From NCBI GenBank assembly GCA_965223505.1, contig CBDCWP010000038.1:192001-256000 (forward strand): 64,000 nt of DNA. Direction: 5' to 3'. A program made the position numbers and the translations under genes. Within the stretch, counting starts at the first letter, position 1, and each line of letters begins with the position of its first letter. Shown here one piece after another: positions 1 to 9,887 of the stretch. The notes under the pieces are model-generated. The model saw only the letters and a program-made list of their open reading frames with translations. It did not search any database and was not told the origin of the DNA. This DNA comes from Planctomycetota bacterium (GTDB lineage: Bacteria; Planctomycetota; PLA2; JAEUHO01).

Positions 1-156
1 CTCGATCACCTCACCAAGCGGCTCGTCCGGCGCTTGCTCGGGCGCGCGTCCGCGCGGGTGGCACGCGGCGCCGAACAGAAAGACCCGGACCTCCCGACGC
101 CGGAGCATCTCCGGCACCTCTTCGGGCTGGACGACGACAGCGGAGGCACGGCATGA
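1..156 (+). CDS. hemA: 3' end of probable glutamyl-tRNA reductase (partial, runs off window start)
   Basis: Frame 1 reads LDHLTKRLVRRLLG...EHLRHLFGL...stop, resembling the HemA C-terminal dimerisation helix; its TGA overlaps the hemE ATG (ATGA). Confidence 0.65.
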   Translation, partial: LDHLTKRLVRRLLGRASARVARGAEQKDPDLPTPEHLRHLFGLDDDSGGTA

Positions 157-1190
157 GCTCGTTGTTCGAGCGAGCGTTGCGCGGCGAGGCCGTAGAGCGC
201 TTTCCCGTTTGGATGATGCGGCAAGCGGGCCGGTACCTGCCGGGCTACCGCGCCATGCGGGCCAAGACACCGTTCCTCGACCTTTGCCGCTCGCCCGATC
301 TGGCCGCGGAGGTCTCGCTGGAGCCCATCGAGCGTTTCGACATGGACGCGGCGATCGTGTTCGCCGACATCCTGCTCACGGCCGACGCGATGGGCGTCGA
401 GGTCACCTTCCCGGAAGGCGGCCCGCGCATCACGAGCCCGATTCGCACGCCGGCCGACGTCGAAAAGGTGCACGAACCCGATGTCTCCCGCACCGAGGCG
501 GTCGCCGAGACCGTCGCCCTACTGCGCGCCTCGCTGCCGGAGACGAAGGCGGTCATCGGCTTCTCCGCCGCCCCGTTCACCCTGTGCGCGTACATGATCG
601 AAGGCGGCTCGAGCCGCGACTTCTGGCGCACGCGCGCGTTCGCGCACGAGCATCCGGACGCCTTCGCGACCTTGCTCGAACGCGTCGCCGACGCCCTCGT
701 CCCCTACTTGCGCGAACAGGCGCAGGCGGGTGCGAACGTGCTGCAACTCTTCGACACGTGGGCCGGCATGGCGAGTCCGCGCTTGTATCGCGAACGCGTC
801 GTTCCGGCGATCCGGCGCGTCGTCGACGGGCTCGGCGATGGCCGCCCGCCGATGATCCTGTTGCCGGGCATCGCGACGCAAGCGCGCCTGGACGTCGCCG
901 TCGCGTCCGGCGTCGAGGGCCTTTCCATCGACTACACGACGGATCTTGCGTACGCGTACGAGCGCGTCGGCGACCGCGTTCGCCTCCAGGGCAATCTCGA
1001 CCCGACGGTCCTGCTGTCGAACCCGGAGACGATCCGGTCCGAGATGAAGCACATGCTCGCCCAGGTGCCGCCCGGCAGGCCACATCTCGTGAACCTCGGA
1101 CACGGCGTCCTCAAGGACACCGACCCCGACAACGTCGCGGTGTTCGTCGAATCCGCGAAGCAGTTCCCCGTGACGGCGACCGCGTCCTAG
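153..1190 (+). CDS. hemE: uroporphyrinogen decarboxylase
   Basis: PVWMMRQAGRYLP, IVFADIL, LQLFDTW, LQGNLDP and NLGHGV motifs. Confidence 0.97.
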   Translation: MSSLFERALRGEAVERFPVWMMRQAGRYLPGYRAMRAKTPFLDLCRSPDLAAEVSLEPIERFDMDAAIVFADILLTADAMGVEVTFPEGGPRITSPIRTPADVEKVHEPDVSRTEAVAETVALLRASLPETKAVIGFSAAPFTLCAYMIEGGSSRDFWRTRAFAHEHPDAFATLLERVADALVPYLREQAQAGANVLQLFDTWAGMASPRLYRERVVPAIRRVVDGLGDGRPPMILLPGIATQARLDVAVASGVEGLSIDYTTDLAYAYERVGDRVRLQGNLDPTVLLSNPETIRSEMKHMLAQVPPGRPHLVNLGHGVLKDTDPDNVAVFVESAKQFPVTATAS

Positions 1191-1196
1191 GCCGCA

Positions 1197-2540
1197 GTGC
1201 AGACCTACGACCGCATCATCGTCGGCGCCGGCATCGCGGGACTCTCCGAGGCGTGGTGGCGCACGCAGAACGGCGAGAACGTGGTCGTCCTCGAAGCGAC
1301 GGACCGCGTCGGCGGCGTCATTCACACCGACCGCGTCGACGGCTTCCAGGTCGAACGCGCCGCCTCGACGATCCCGTCCACGGCGCTGCACGTACAAGAT
1401 CTGGCCGCGGCGGTGCCCGGCGCGCCGAAGCTCGTGCCGGCATCGAAGGCCGCCACGAAGCAGTTCCTCTTGGGGCGGGGCGGGTTGCGCGCCGTGCCGC
1501 GCTCGCCGCCGGCGTTGTTCGAGACCGGACTCCTCTCGCCCGGCGCGAAGCTGCGCGCGCTCATGGAGATGCTGCGCCGCATGCCACGCAACGAGCGCAG
1601 TCGTGCCTCTCTTCAGGGATTCGTCGGCGAGCGCTTCGGACGCGAGGTCGCCGACGCGTTCCTGCGTCCGTTCACACAGGGCATCTACGGCACGTCGCCG
1701 GAACAGCTCGGGGCATTCGACGCGTTTCCGGCACTCGTCGCGGGCGCGCGCCGCCGCAACGGCGTCTTGCGTTCGCTGATGAGCAAGAAGGGCGGCGCGA
1801 AGCGACGCGTCCTGTTGCCCAAGGGCGGAATGGAAGCGTTGCCGAAGGCGATCGCGGCGGTGCTGGGAGAACGCGTGCGCACGAACGCGACCGTCGAGAC
1901 CCTTGCGCCGGGCGCGCCGGACCGGTCGGCCGAGGTCGTGTTGTCCGGCGGCGAGACGCTGCGCGCCGACGAGATCGTGCTCTGCGTGCCCGCGTCGGCG
2001 CAGGGTCGCCTGCTCGAGGCCGTGCCGCACGTCGCGGAGGCGTTGACGCCGATACCCTACGTTCCGATCGGCGTCGCCGCCGTGGGCTTCCGCCGCGAAG
2101 ACGCGCCGGCGGTGCCGGAGGGGTTCGGGTTCCTGCGCTCGCGAAGCTCGAAGGCGCGCATCCTCGGTGCCACCTTCGTCTCGAAGCTCTCGAACGACGT
2201 CGCGCCGCTCGGATGCGAGCTGCTCAACGTCTACTTCGGCGGCGGCGAGGATCCCGAGTTCGTGAACGCGCGGGACGACGACGTTCGCGACCAGGTGCTG
2301 CGCGATCTCGGACGCGCCTTGGGCGGGCGCGTGCGGCCGCGTCTGTTCGATCTCTGGCGCTGGCCCGCTGCGATCCCGGTCTTCGCGCCCGGCCATCGAG
2401 CGCGCATGGCCGCGCTGAACACCGAGCTCGACCGGTCGCGCATCCGGCTCTCCGGCTCGCACGTGACAGGGGTCGGCCTGGACGCCTGTTGCCGTCCGGC
2501 GGCGCCGGTTCCCGCTCCCGGCGGTGTGACGCGCGTCTGA
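1197..2540 (+). CDS. hemY: HemY/HemG-type FAD-dependent protoporphyrinogen/coproporphyrinogen oxidase
   Basis: N-terminal IVGAGIAGL Rossmann motif, GGMEALP, GFGFL, C-terminal GVGLDAC; directly after hemE. Confidence 0.9.
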   Translation: MQTYDRIIVGAGIAGLSEAWWRTQNGENVVVLEATDRVGGVIHTDRVDGFQVERAASTIPSTALHVQDLAAAVPGAPKLVPASKAATKQFLLGRGGLRAVPRSPPALFETGLLSPGAKLRALMEMLRRMPRNERSRASLQGFVGERFGREVADAFLRPFTQGIYGTSPEQLGAFDAFPALVAGARRRNGVLRSLMSKKGGAKRRVLLPKGGMEALPKAIAAVLGERVRTNATVETLAPGAPDRSAEVVLSGGETLRADEIVLCVPASAQGRLLEAVPHVAEALTPIPYVPIGVAAVGFRREDAPAVPEGFGFLRSRSSKARILGATFVSKLSNDVAPLGCELLNVYFGGGEDPEFVNARDDDVRDQVLRDLGRALGGRVRPRLFDLWRWPAAIPVFAPGHRARMAALNTELDRSRIRLSGSHVTGVGLDACCRPAAPVPAPGGVTRV

Positions 2541-2543
2541 CCG

Positions 2544-3846
2544 CTATGCGTTAGGCAAAGAAACGAGCGCGCAAAGCGCGCCTCGATGCGCGTCGAGAAT
2601 CCGTCCAAGGATCGTCTTGTCGTGCGCGAGCGAAACGAACCACGCTTCGAACGGACTCGGCGGAAGGTGCACGCCTCGATCCAGCATCAGACCGTGATAG
2701 CGACGGAACGCGTCGAGGTCGGTCGCCTTCGCTTCGTCGAGGTTCGCGGGCGCGGACGGCGCGAACCACAGTCCCAGCATCGCGCCGCAACGTGACGACG
2801 TGACAGCGACGCCCTCGTCGCGTGCCACGCGCTCCAGCCCGTCCGCCAAGGTCGTCGCGGTCGCCTCGATCCGCGCGAAGACACCGGGCTCCGACAGAAT
2901 GCGCAGGGTGTGATAGCCCGCCGTCATCGCAACCGGGTTGCCTGCCAGCGTGCCGGCCTGGTACACGGGCCCTTCGGGCGCCACCTGCGACATCAGGTCC
3001 TCGCGGCCGCCGTACGCCCCGACGGGCAGTCCGCCGCCGATCACCTTGCCGAAGCACGTCAGGTCCGGCCGCACGCCGAAGCGCGCCTGCGCGCCGCCGA
3101 CGTGCACGCGAAAGCCGGTCATGACCTCGTCGAACACGAGCAGCGCGCCGTGCTCGTCGCAGAGGCCGCGCAACCCCGCGAGGAACCCGTCGCGCGGCAA
3201 GATCAAGCCCATGTTGCCCGCTACGGGCTCGACGAAGACGGCTGCGACGTCGCCCGCGTTCGACTCGAACGCGGAACGCACGGCGTCGAGGTCGTTGTAC
3301 GGAACGGTGAGCGTCGCCTGCGCGACCTCGTCGGGCACACCGGGACTGTCGGGGGTTCCGAACGTGAGCGCGCCCGAACCGGCGCTCGAGAGGAACGCGT
3401 CGCCGTGTCCGTGATAGCAGCCCTCGAACTTGATCACCTTCGGGCGACCCGTCGCGGCGCGCGCGAGACGAAGCGCCGACATGCAGGCTTCCGTGCCCGA
3501 CACGACGAACCGCAAACCGATCGACGTGCGGCAACATCGAGACGACCTTGCGGCCCAGCCGGACCTCGTCGGGGGACGGCGTTCCGCTTCCGACGCCGCG
3601 TTCGACACGGGCGACGATCGCGCGGGTCACGGCCGGGTGCGCATGACCGAGGATCATCGGCCCCCACGAGCCGATGAGATCGACGTACTCGTTGCCGTCG
3701 ACGTCGATCAGCAAGGCGCCCTCGGCTTTGCGAATGACGCGCGGCGTTCCGCCGACGCTCTTGAACGCGCGCACGGGACTCGAAACGCCGCCTGGAAAGA
3801 GCGAAGCCGCGATGCGGTTGTACGCCTGGTTGCGCTTGCCCGTCAT
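2544..3846 (-). pseudogene. hemL: glutamate-1-semialdehyde 2,1-aminomutase with one +1 frameshift near 3514-3516 (possibly an assembly error)
   Basis: N-part (FPGGVSSPVRAF, SWGPMILGH) and C-part (SGTEA, FEGCYHGH, FDEVMTGFR, FGKVIGGGLP, YQAGTLAGNP) are in different frames; deleting one base of the A3 run joins them into 433 aa. Confidence 0.93.
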
Positions 3847-4583
3847 GCGCCTCCTTCCGGCGTCAATGCCCGTGCGATCGCGTCGGCGAGCGCCTCGGCG
3901 CTCGGGTGCGGGGCGACGATGACGTTGCGGAATCCGCGGGCCTGCAGTGCGTCCGCCGTGGTCTTGCCCATCGCCGCCGCCGGCGTCCGGCCGCGATCGA
4001 TCACACCACGCTTGAGCAGTGCATGATGCAGGCACTCCACGGCCCGCGGGCTGCCCGCCCAGATCGCATGCGGATCTTCGGCGCTCGCGCAACGATCTCC
4101 GAACGTCGGCGAAACCTCGACCTGGTACGCCGTGATCTCGTCGACGCGCTTGCCCGCGTCGAGGAAAACGTGCACCGCGTCTTCCCGCGCCCGCAATCCA
4201 CGTAGGAACAACACGCGCTCGATCGCGGCGGCCTGGTCGACCAGCTCGCGCGCGAGCGACGCGGCGTCCGAGGTGCCCACGAAGATCACGTCGAAGCCGC
4301 AGTCGCGAGCGGCCGCCGCCGTGCGTTCGCCGACGCAGACGGCTTGCCACCCTTGCGCGTCCTTCGGATTGACGTAGCGAGCGCCGTACGCGCTGGTCAA
4401 CAGGACGACGTCGTGCGCCCGTGCTTTCAACGCCCCGGCAACGGCGGCCGGATCTTCGGGCGGCGCAACGTCGCCCCACGGGAGCGGCACGGCGTGAATC
4501 CCCCGCGCCTGCACGAGCGCGGTCCAGCGGGTCGTCGTACCGCTGCTCGCGACGATCCACACGACGGGTTGCGGGCCGATCAC
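3843..4583 (-). CDS. hemD: uroporphyrinogen-III synthase
   Basis: LLTSAYG, CVGERTA, GSPRAV, AMGKTTA and APHPS motifs; 4-nt overlaps with hemC and hemL; GTG start inferred. Confidence 0.85.
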   Translation of the reverse strand: MIGPQPVVWIVASSGTTTRWTALVQARGIHAVPLPWGDVAPPEDPAAVAGALKARAHDVVLLTSAYGARYVNPKDAQGWQAVCVGERTAAAARDCGFDVIFVGTSDAASLARELVDQAAAIERVLFLRGLRAREDAVHVFLDAGKRVDEITAYQVEVSPTFGDRCASAEDPHAIWAGSPRAVECLHHALLKRGVIDRGRTPAAAMGKTTADALQARGFRNVIVAPHPSAEALADAIARALTPEGGA

Positions 4584-5482
4584 GACGCCACCAGGGGGCC
4601 GGCGCCCTGCTCGAGCAGCGTGGCTGCCGCCTCGCGGCCGATCTTCACGGCGTCGGAGAGCGGCCCTTGCGACGCGTGCTCGTAGACCTGCGTCCCGTCC
4701 ATGGAGCACACGCGCACGCGCAATCGAAGCGCACCGTCTTCGACGTCGGCAAACGCGCCCACCGGCGCGTGGCAGCCGGCGCCCAGCTCGTGCAACGCCG
4801 TGCGCTCCGCCGACGTGCACGCGGAGGCGCGAATGTCCTTCAGCTGAGAAAGGCACGCCTCGGCCTGGGCGTCCCCCTCGCGAATCACGATGCCCAACGC
4901 GCCCTGGCCGGCCGCGGGCAGACAGACGTCGGGCTCCAGCACCTCGCTCACATGGTCGTCGCGCCCCAACCGGCGAAGGCCGGCCAGCGCGAGCACGACC
5001 GCGTCGATCTCGCCGTTCGCGACCTTGTCCATCCGCGTGCCGACGTTCCCGCGAATCGTCTCGAAGCGGAGGTCGGGCCGCCGGCGCCGAAGCTGCGCGA
5101 CGCGTCGCGGACTCCCGGTGCCGACGCGCGCGCCCTCGGGGAGCTGGTCGAGCCCGACGCCGTCCTTGGCCACGAGCGCGTCGCGCGGGTCTTCGCGCAG
5201 CGGTACGCAGCCGACGATCAACCCCCCCTCCTCGGCGGCGGGCAGGTCCTTGAGGCTGTGAACGGCCGCATCGACGCGGTCGTCGTGCAACGCCTGGTTG
5301 AGCTGCGCGGTGAAGATGCCCGTTCGACCGAAGGCGTGGAGCGCCGTCGTTCGATCGCGGTCTCCGTCGCTTCGCACCCAGACCATCGCCGTACAACACG
5401 AGACGCGCGCCGCGACCCACTCGGCTTGCACCTGCGCCAGGGGGCTGGCGCGCGATCCGATGCGAAGGAAGTTCCCCGTCAT
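4580..5482 (-). CDS. hemC: hydroxymethylbilane synthase (porphobilinogen deaminase)
   Basis: IGSRASPLA, AVHSLKDLP, REDPRDALV, GTGSPRR, IRGNVGTR, GCHAPVG (cofactor Cys). Confidence 0.97.
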   Translation of the reverse strand: MTGNFLRIGSRASPLAQVQAEWVAARVSCCTAMVWVRSDGDRDRTTALHAFGRTGIFTAQLNQALHDDRVDAAVHSLKDLPAAEEGGLIVGCVPLREDPRDALVAKDGVGLDQLPEGARVGTGSPRRVAQLRRRRPDLRFETIRGNVGTRMDKVANGEIDAVVLALAGLRRLGRDDHVSEVLEPDVCLPAAGQGALGIVIREGDAQAEACLSQLKDIRASACTSAERTALHELGAGCHAPVGAFADVEDGALRLRVRVCSMDGTQVYEHASQGPLSDAVKIGREAAATLLEQGAGPLVAS

Positions 5483-6771
5483 GCGCCGTCCTCGCCGGGT
5501 TCGATCCGTTCGACGCGGCTCGTCACGTGATCGCCGCTCGACACCCGTGTGCGCAGCGCGTCGCCGATGCGAACGTCCGATGCCGCTCGCACCACGCGGC
5601 CGCTCTCTTCCAGCGTCGTGAGCGAGTAGCCCCGACCCAGCACGGCGAGCGGCGACAGCGCGCGCAGGCGGTGGCGCAACGAGGTGCAACGCGTGTCAGC
5701 GCCACGCAACTGCGTAACGGCCGAGCGCGTCGCGCGGATCGCGGCGCGTCGAACGCGCTCGCGCTCGTCACGCAGGCGCCGACGAAGCGGCGGGAGCAGT
5801 CGCGCCCGCAAGCCGCCGAGCGCCTCCGCGCGGCGACGAAGCGCGGCGCCCGGGCTGTGCGCCGTCAGTCGCCTACGCAGATGCTCGAGGCCGTCGCGGT
5901 CGCGACCGAGTCGGCGCTGCATCTGCACGCGAAGCCGCCGGGCCTCGCTGTCGAGCTGCCGCAGCAGGTCGTCGCGCACCGGCACCACGAGCTCGGCAGC
6001 TTGCGACGGCGTCGCCGCGCGGACGTCGGCGACCCAGTCGGCGATGGTGACGTCGGTTTCGTGGCCGACGGCCGACACGACGGGCGTAGCGCAGCGGGCG
6101 ATCGCGCGCGCGACGATCTCCTCGTTGAACGCCCAGAGGTCCTCGAGGGATCCGCCGCCGCGGCCGACGATGATCACGTCCGCGCCGACGCGGGTGTCCA
6201 CCCGCTCGATCGCGCGCGCGATCTCCTGCGCGGCGCCGTCCCCCTGCACACGCACCGGATCGAGCAGCACGTCGACGCACGGGAAGCGACGCCGGATGAC
6301 CGTGACCATGTCGCGGACCGCCGCGCCGGTGCGGCTCGTGATGAGGGCGATGCGGCGCGGCAAGAACGGCAACGGCTGTTTGCCTTCGGCGTCGAAGAGT
6401 CCCTCCGCCTCGAGCTTGCGCCGCATGCGTTCGAACGCGAGCTGCAGCGCGCCCGCGCCGACCGGCTCGATCGTCCGGACGACCAGCTGATAGCGGCCGT
6501 GTGGCGGATACACGTCGATGCGGCCGCGAACCAACACCTCCTGCCCTTCTTCGGGGGCGACGCGCAAGCGCGCCGCGGTCGAGCGCCAGACGACGCAGGG
6601 CAGCACTGCGCCTTCGTCCTTGAGCGTCAGGTAGACGTGTCCGGACGCGGGTGTTCGCGGCTGCGAGATCTCGCCGCGCACCCAGACGTCGTCGAACGTC
6701 GTTCCCAGCAGCCCCTGCACCTCCGTCGTGAGGGCGGAGACCGTCAGGATCGCGTCGTCATCGGGCCGCAC
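5479..6771 (-). CDS. xseA: exodeoxyribonuclease VII large subunit
   Basis: VWVRGEIS, SGHVYLTLKD, GRGGGSLEDLWAFNEE, SAVGHETD, ATPSQAAE, LSPLAVLGRGYS; GTG start inferred. Confidence 0.95.
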   Translation of the reverse strand: MRPDDDAILTVSALTTEVQGLLGTTFDDVWVRGEISQPRTPASGHVYLTLKDEGAVLPCVVWRSTAARLRVAPEEGQEVLVRGRIDVYPPHGRYQLVVRTIEPVGAGALQLAFERMRRKLEAEGLFDAEGKQPLPFLPRRIALITSRTGAAVRDMVTVIRRRFPCVDVLLDPVRVQGDGAAQEIARAIERVDTRVGADVIIVGRGGGSLEDLWAFNEEIVARAIARCATPVVSAVGHETDVTIADWVADVRAATPSQAAELVVPVRDDLLRQLDSEARRLRVQMQRRLGRDRDGLEHLRRRLTAHSPGAALRRRAEALGGLRARLLPPLRRRLRDERERVRRAAIRATRSAVTQLRGADTRCTSLRHRLRALSPLAVLGRGYSLTTLEESGRVVRAASDVRIGDALRTRVSSGDHVTSRVERIEPGEDGA

Positions 6772-6772
6772 G

Positions 6773-7573
6773 CTACGCTTCGCCCTCGCTCGGCAAGGGA
6801 AGCCACAGCCCCTCGATCGACTGCGCCTTCCCGGTGCGTTCGTCGATCTCCGCGAGGACGGCGCCGAGGCGCTCATCGCCTTGAGCCACCTTGAACGGCT
6901 CGTGCACGTTGAGCCGCATCTTCTTGAGCACGGCCTCCTTGATGCGGCCGATCACACCGTTGTACGGCCCGGTCATGCCCGCATCCGTGATGAAGGCGGT
7001 CCCGTTCGGGCGGACGACCGCGTCCGCGGTCGGTACGTGCGTGTGCGAGCCGAAGATGAACGAGACACGGCCGTCGAGGTACCAGGACAGCGCGATCTTC
7101 TCGCTGGTCGCTTCGGCGTGCATGTCGACGACGACGATGTCGGCCTTCTGCTTCATCGCCTCGACCTGCCGATCGGCCTCGGCCATGAAGTCGCCCTGGG
7201 CGTTCATGAACACCTTGCCCTGCAGGTGGATCACGCCGACACGAACACCGCGCGGACCCTCGACGACGCACGTCCCTCGTCCCGGCGCCCCGACGGGCCA
7301 GTTGGACGGCCGCAGGAGCGTCTGCTCGTTGTCGAACAGCGGCAGCGCCTCGCGACGGTGATACGCGTGGTCGCCCATCGTGATCACGTCGGCGCCGTAG
7401 CCTTGCAGCTCACGCAAGATCTTCTCGGTGATGCCGCTCCCGGACGCCGCGTTCTCCGCGTTGACGACGACGAAGTCCACACCGCGCTCGTCGCGCAGCT
7501 TGGGCAGGAAATGAGCGAGGACCTTGCGGCCCGGTCGCCCGACCACGTCACCGACGCCGAGAATGCGATACAT
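6773..7573 (-). CDS. ymdB: YmdB-family metallophosphoesterase
   Basis: GDVVGRPG, NAENAA, TMGDH, DMHAEATSEK, GSHTHVPTAD, TDAGMTG. Confidence 0.93.
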   Translation of the reverse strand: MYRILGVGDVVGRPGRKVLAHFLPKLRDERGVDFVVVNAENAASGSGITEKILRELQGYGADVITMGDHAYHRREALPLFDNEQTLLRPSNWPVGAPGRGTCVVEGPRGVRVGVIHLQGKVFMNAQGDFMAEADRQVEAMKQKADIVVVDMHAEATSEKIALSWYLDGRVSFIFGSHTHVPTADAVVRPNGTAFITDAGMTGPYNGVIGRIKEAVLKKMRLNVHEPFKVAQGDERLGAVLAEIDERTGKAQSIEGLWLPLPSEGEA

Positions 7574-7626
7574 GCGCGGGATTGTAGAGGCGCGGGTGCG
7601 CGGCGCAGTCCGATCGTCGGAGCGTC

Positions 7627-9078
7627 CTACCGGGTCTTCACCATCGACAGGCCCGAGTTGCGCCACGCGCTGGCGTAGTTCTTGCCCTTGGCGACGGCGA
7701 AGCGGTAGCCGTTGCGGGAGATCGGTGTCTTCTTGCCGCCTGGCGCGAGGCGGTTGCCCTCGAAGGTGTGGAACTCGACCTGCTGCGTCTCGCGGTCGAC
7801 CCAGATGCGCAGCTCGCGCGCTTCGACGCTGCCGAGGAACCGGCCGGCGTTGTCGTACTGCAGGATCACGACGCCGCCGACGCGGTCCTGCTTGATGCCC
7901 TCGATGCGCGTGATCTGCCACCATTCGCCGACCGTGCTGCGTCCGGCACGCAAGAGCTCGTTGAGCCGCGTGCGCACCCGTCCGACCAATCGCTTGTCGC
8001 GGTTCAGGTCCGGGTCGGGCGGCACCTGGATGACGGGCTTTTCGGCGTCCGGCAGCGCCGGCGGCGGCGGGGTCGCGTTCGTGTCGGGCGTCGCCGGCGG
8101 CGGGACGGCGCTCGGGTTGGCTTCGGACGACTTCACCGCCGGCTCGTCGAGCGGCTTCGGATCGGGCGGCACGGCGGCGGGGATCTTCGCAGCGGGAACG
8201 TCGTCGGGCAGCCCGAGGTTGTAGGCGGCCAGGCGCTTGCGCAGCATCGCGTTCTCTTGCCGCTCGCGCATGAGCGCTTCTTCCCGGTCCTTCAGCTTGG
8301 TCTCGGCGACCTCCATCTTGAGGTTCACCTCTCGCAGCGCCTTCTCCGCGACGTCCTTTCCGATCGCGTTGTTGCGCGCGCGCTGCGCGAAGTCCGCCAT
8401 CTCGTCGCGCTCCATCTCGGCGACGCGCTTGCGCTTGGCGAGCTCGGCGAGCTCGGCCTGCGCCTCGTCGTACTTCTTCTGCTCGGTGCGCAAGCGGTCT
8501 TCGGCGTCGCTCAGCGCGAGCTGCATGCGAGAAACGCGGCCCTGGGACTCCGCCGCGCCCTTGCTCATGCCCTCTTGGTAGCTCTTCAGCCGCCCCGCCT
8601 CGAGCGCGGCGACGTTGACGCTGTCGTTCGGCAACGGACGTTGCTCCTGGATCGCGACGACGATGACGTAGATGCCGCCGAGCATCACGATGAGCAGTCC
8701 GAGGATCAGCGCGGGCACGAGACGCTCGTTGCGCGGCTTCTGCGCCTCGCCGAGACGCTGCAGGAGCTCGCGCTGAATCGACGCGAGGTTGCGAAACGTG
8801 TCATTGAGGGCGTTGGTGCTCTGCAGCACCATCTCGCTGCGATCGTTGCGGCGCAGCGCCGCGGCCAGCTCGCCCTGGATCTCGTGCATGCCCCGCAGCG
8901 CGTCGGCGTTCGACTGAAACGCGCGGGCGAGGTCGCGCATCGCGCCCGGGGCGACGTCCGATCCGTCGGACGCCAACGCGTCGGGCCGACGCGCGGCCAT
9001 GGCGTCCGGCGTCACGATCTCCGGCTCCGCGGCGACGTCGCGGGGCGCGTCCGGATCGGGGCGGTCGGCGTCGGTCAT
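7627..9078 (-). CDS. hypothetical bitopic membrane protein (helical N-part, TM, coiled coil, Pro-rich linker, beta-rich C-domain)
   Basis: 483-aa ORF with typical codon usage, one hydrophobic segment (LVPALILGLLIVMLGGIYVIVVAI), heptad-rich middle. Confidence 0.8.
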   Translation of the reverse strand: MTDADRPDPDAPRDVAAEPEIVTPDAMAARRPDALASDGSDVAPGAMRDLARAFQSNADALRGMHEIQGELAAALRRNDRSEMVLQSTNALNDTFRNLASIQRELLQRLGEAQKPRNERLVPALILGLLIVMLGGIYVIVVAIQEQRPLPNDSVNVAALEAGRLKSYQEGMSKGAAESQGRVSRMQLALSDAEDRLRTEQKKYDEAQAELAELAKRKRVAEMERDEMADFAQRARNNAIGKDVAEKALREVNLKMEVAETKLKDREEALMRERQENAMLRKRLAAYNLGLPDDVPAAKIPAAVPPDPKPLDEPAVKSSEANPSAVPPPATPDTNATPPPPALPDAEKPVIQVPPDPDLNRDKRLVGRVRTRLNELLRAGRSTVGEWWQITRIEGIKQDRVGGVVILQYDNAGRFLGSVEARELRIWVDRETQQVEFHTFEGNRLAPGGKKTPISRNGYRFAVAKGKNYASAWRNSGLSMVKTR

Positions 9079-9761
9079 CAGAAGTCCTTGATGCGGTCCA
9101 GACTCGGGTCCGAGATCAGCTCGCGCAGCTCCGCCCTGGTCCTTTGAAGCGCCCGAAAGGGCTTTCCTTCCGCAGTTTCGACACTCTTTGCATCGGCCAG
9201 TTCGACGCGGGACCCGAAGGGGAGCACCAAATTCGCCATCTTACCGGCCGGAACCTCGACCTCGCTGCGAAGCGCGCCCAGCGCCTTCAGAGCGAACGAC
9301 AGGCCGCCGTCGGCGTCGATCTCGCCGCGCGCGGCCATTTCCGCCAGGCTCTTCAGCGTGGCGGGACGCGCGCCGTTGATGCCCTCGATCCGCAGCGCCC
9401 CGTCGGCGACCCGGTAGGTGCGCGGTTCGTCGGAGGTGTTGAAGACGAGCAGGCGGTAGTACGCGAGGGCCTCGGGGTCGAGTCCGAGCCGGCGGTTGAG
9501 CTCGGCGTCGTGTCGTTCGTCGGGCTGGGTGTCGCCGAAGACGTTGGTGAGGGCGCCCTTGAGCCCCGGTCCGAGCTCCCCCACCCAGAGGGTGACCTGC
9601 GGAGGCGCGTTGCGGCGCGGCTGTGTGGGGCCGGGCTTGTCGCCGGGTCGCAGCCGCGGAACGATGAAGACGACCAGCGCCGCGACGGCGAGGCCGATCG
9701 TGGACAGGATGATGAGCGCCTGGGACCAGTCGCTCTTCAGGCCTTGGAGCGCGCGGGGCAT
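9078..9761 (-). CDS. hypothetical membrane-anchored protein
   Basis: ATG 6 nt after TACACT, N-terminal TM helix, stop overlaps the next start (TGATG). Confidence 0.75.
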   Translation of the reverse strand: MPRALQGLKSDWSQALIILSTIGLAVAALVVFIVPRLRPGDKPGPTQPRRNAPPQVTLWVGELGPGLKGALTNVFGDTQPDERHDAELNRRLGLDPEALAYYRLLVFNTSDEPRTYRVADGALRIEGINGARPATLKSLAEMAARGEIDADGGLSFALKALGALRSEVEVPAGKMANLVLPFGSRVELADAKSVETAEGKPFRALQRTRAELRELISDPSLDRIKDF

Positions 9762-9887
9762 GGAATCAGTGTAAAGGCTATCGCACGGATGCGGCCGTTC
9801 GCCCCCTACCCGTCGCTCCAGGCCGGATTCGCGGACACCGTCACGCCCGGAACACAGGCGTTCCCCGGCGTCTCGGACCAACCGCCG

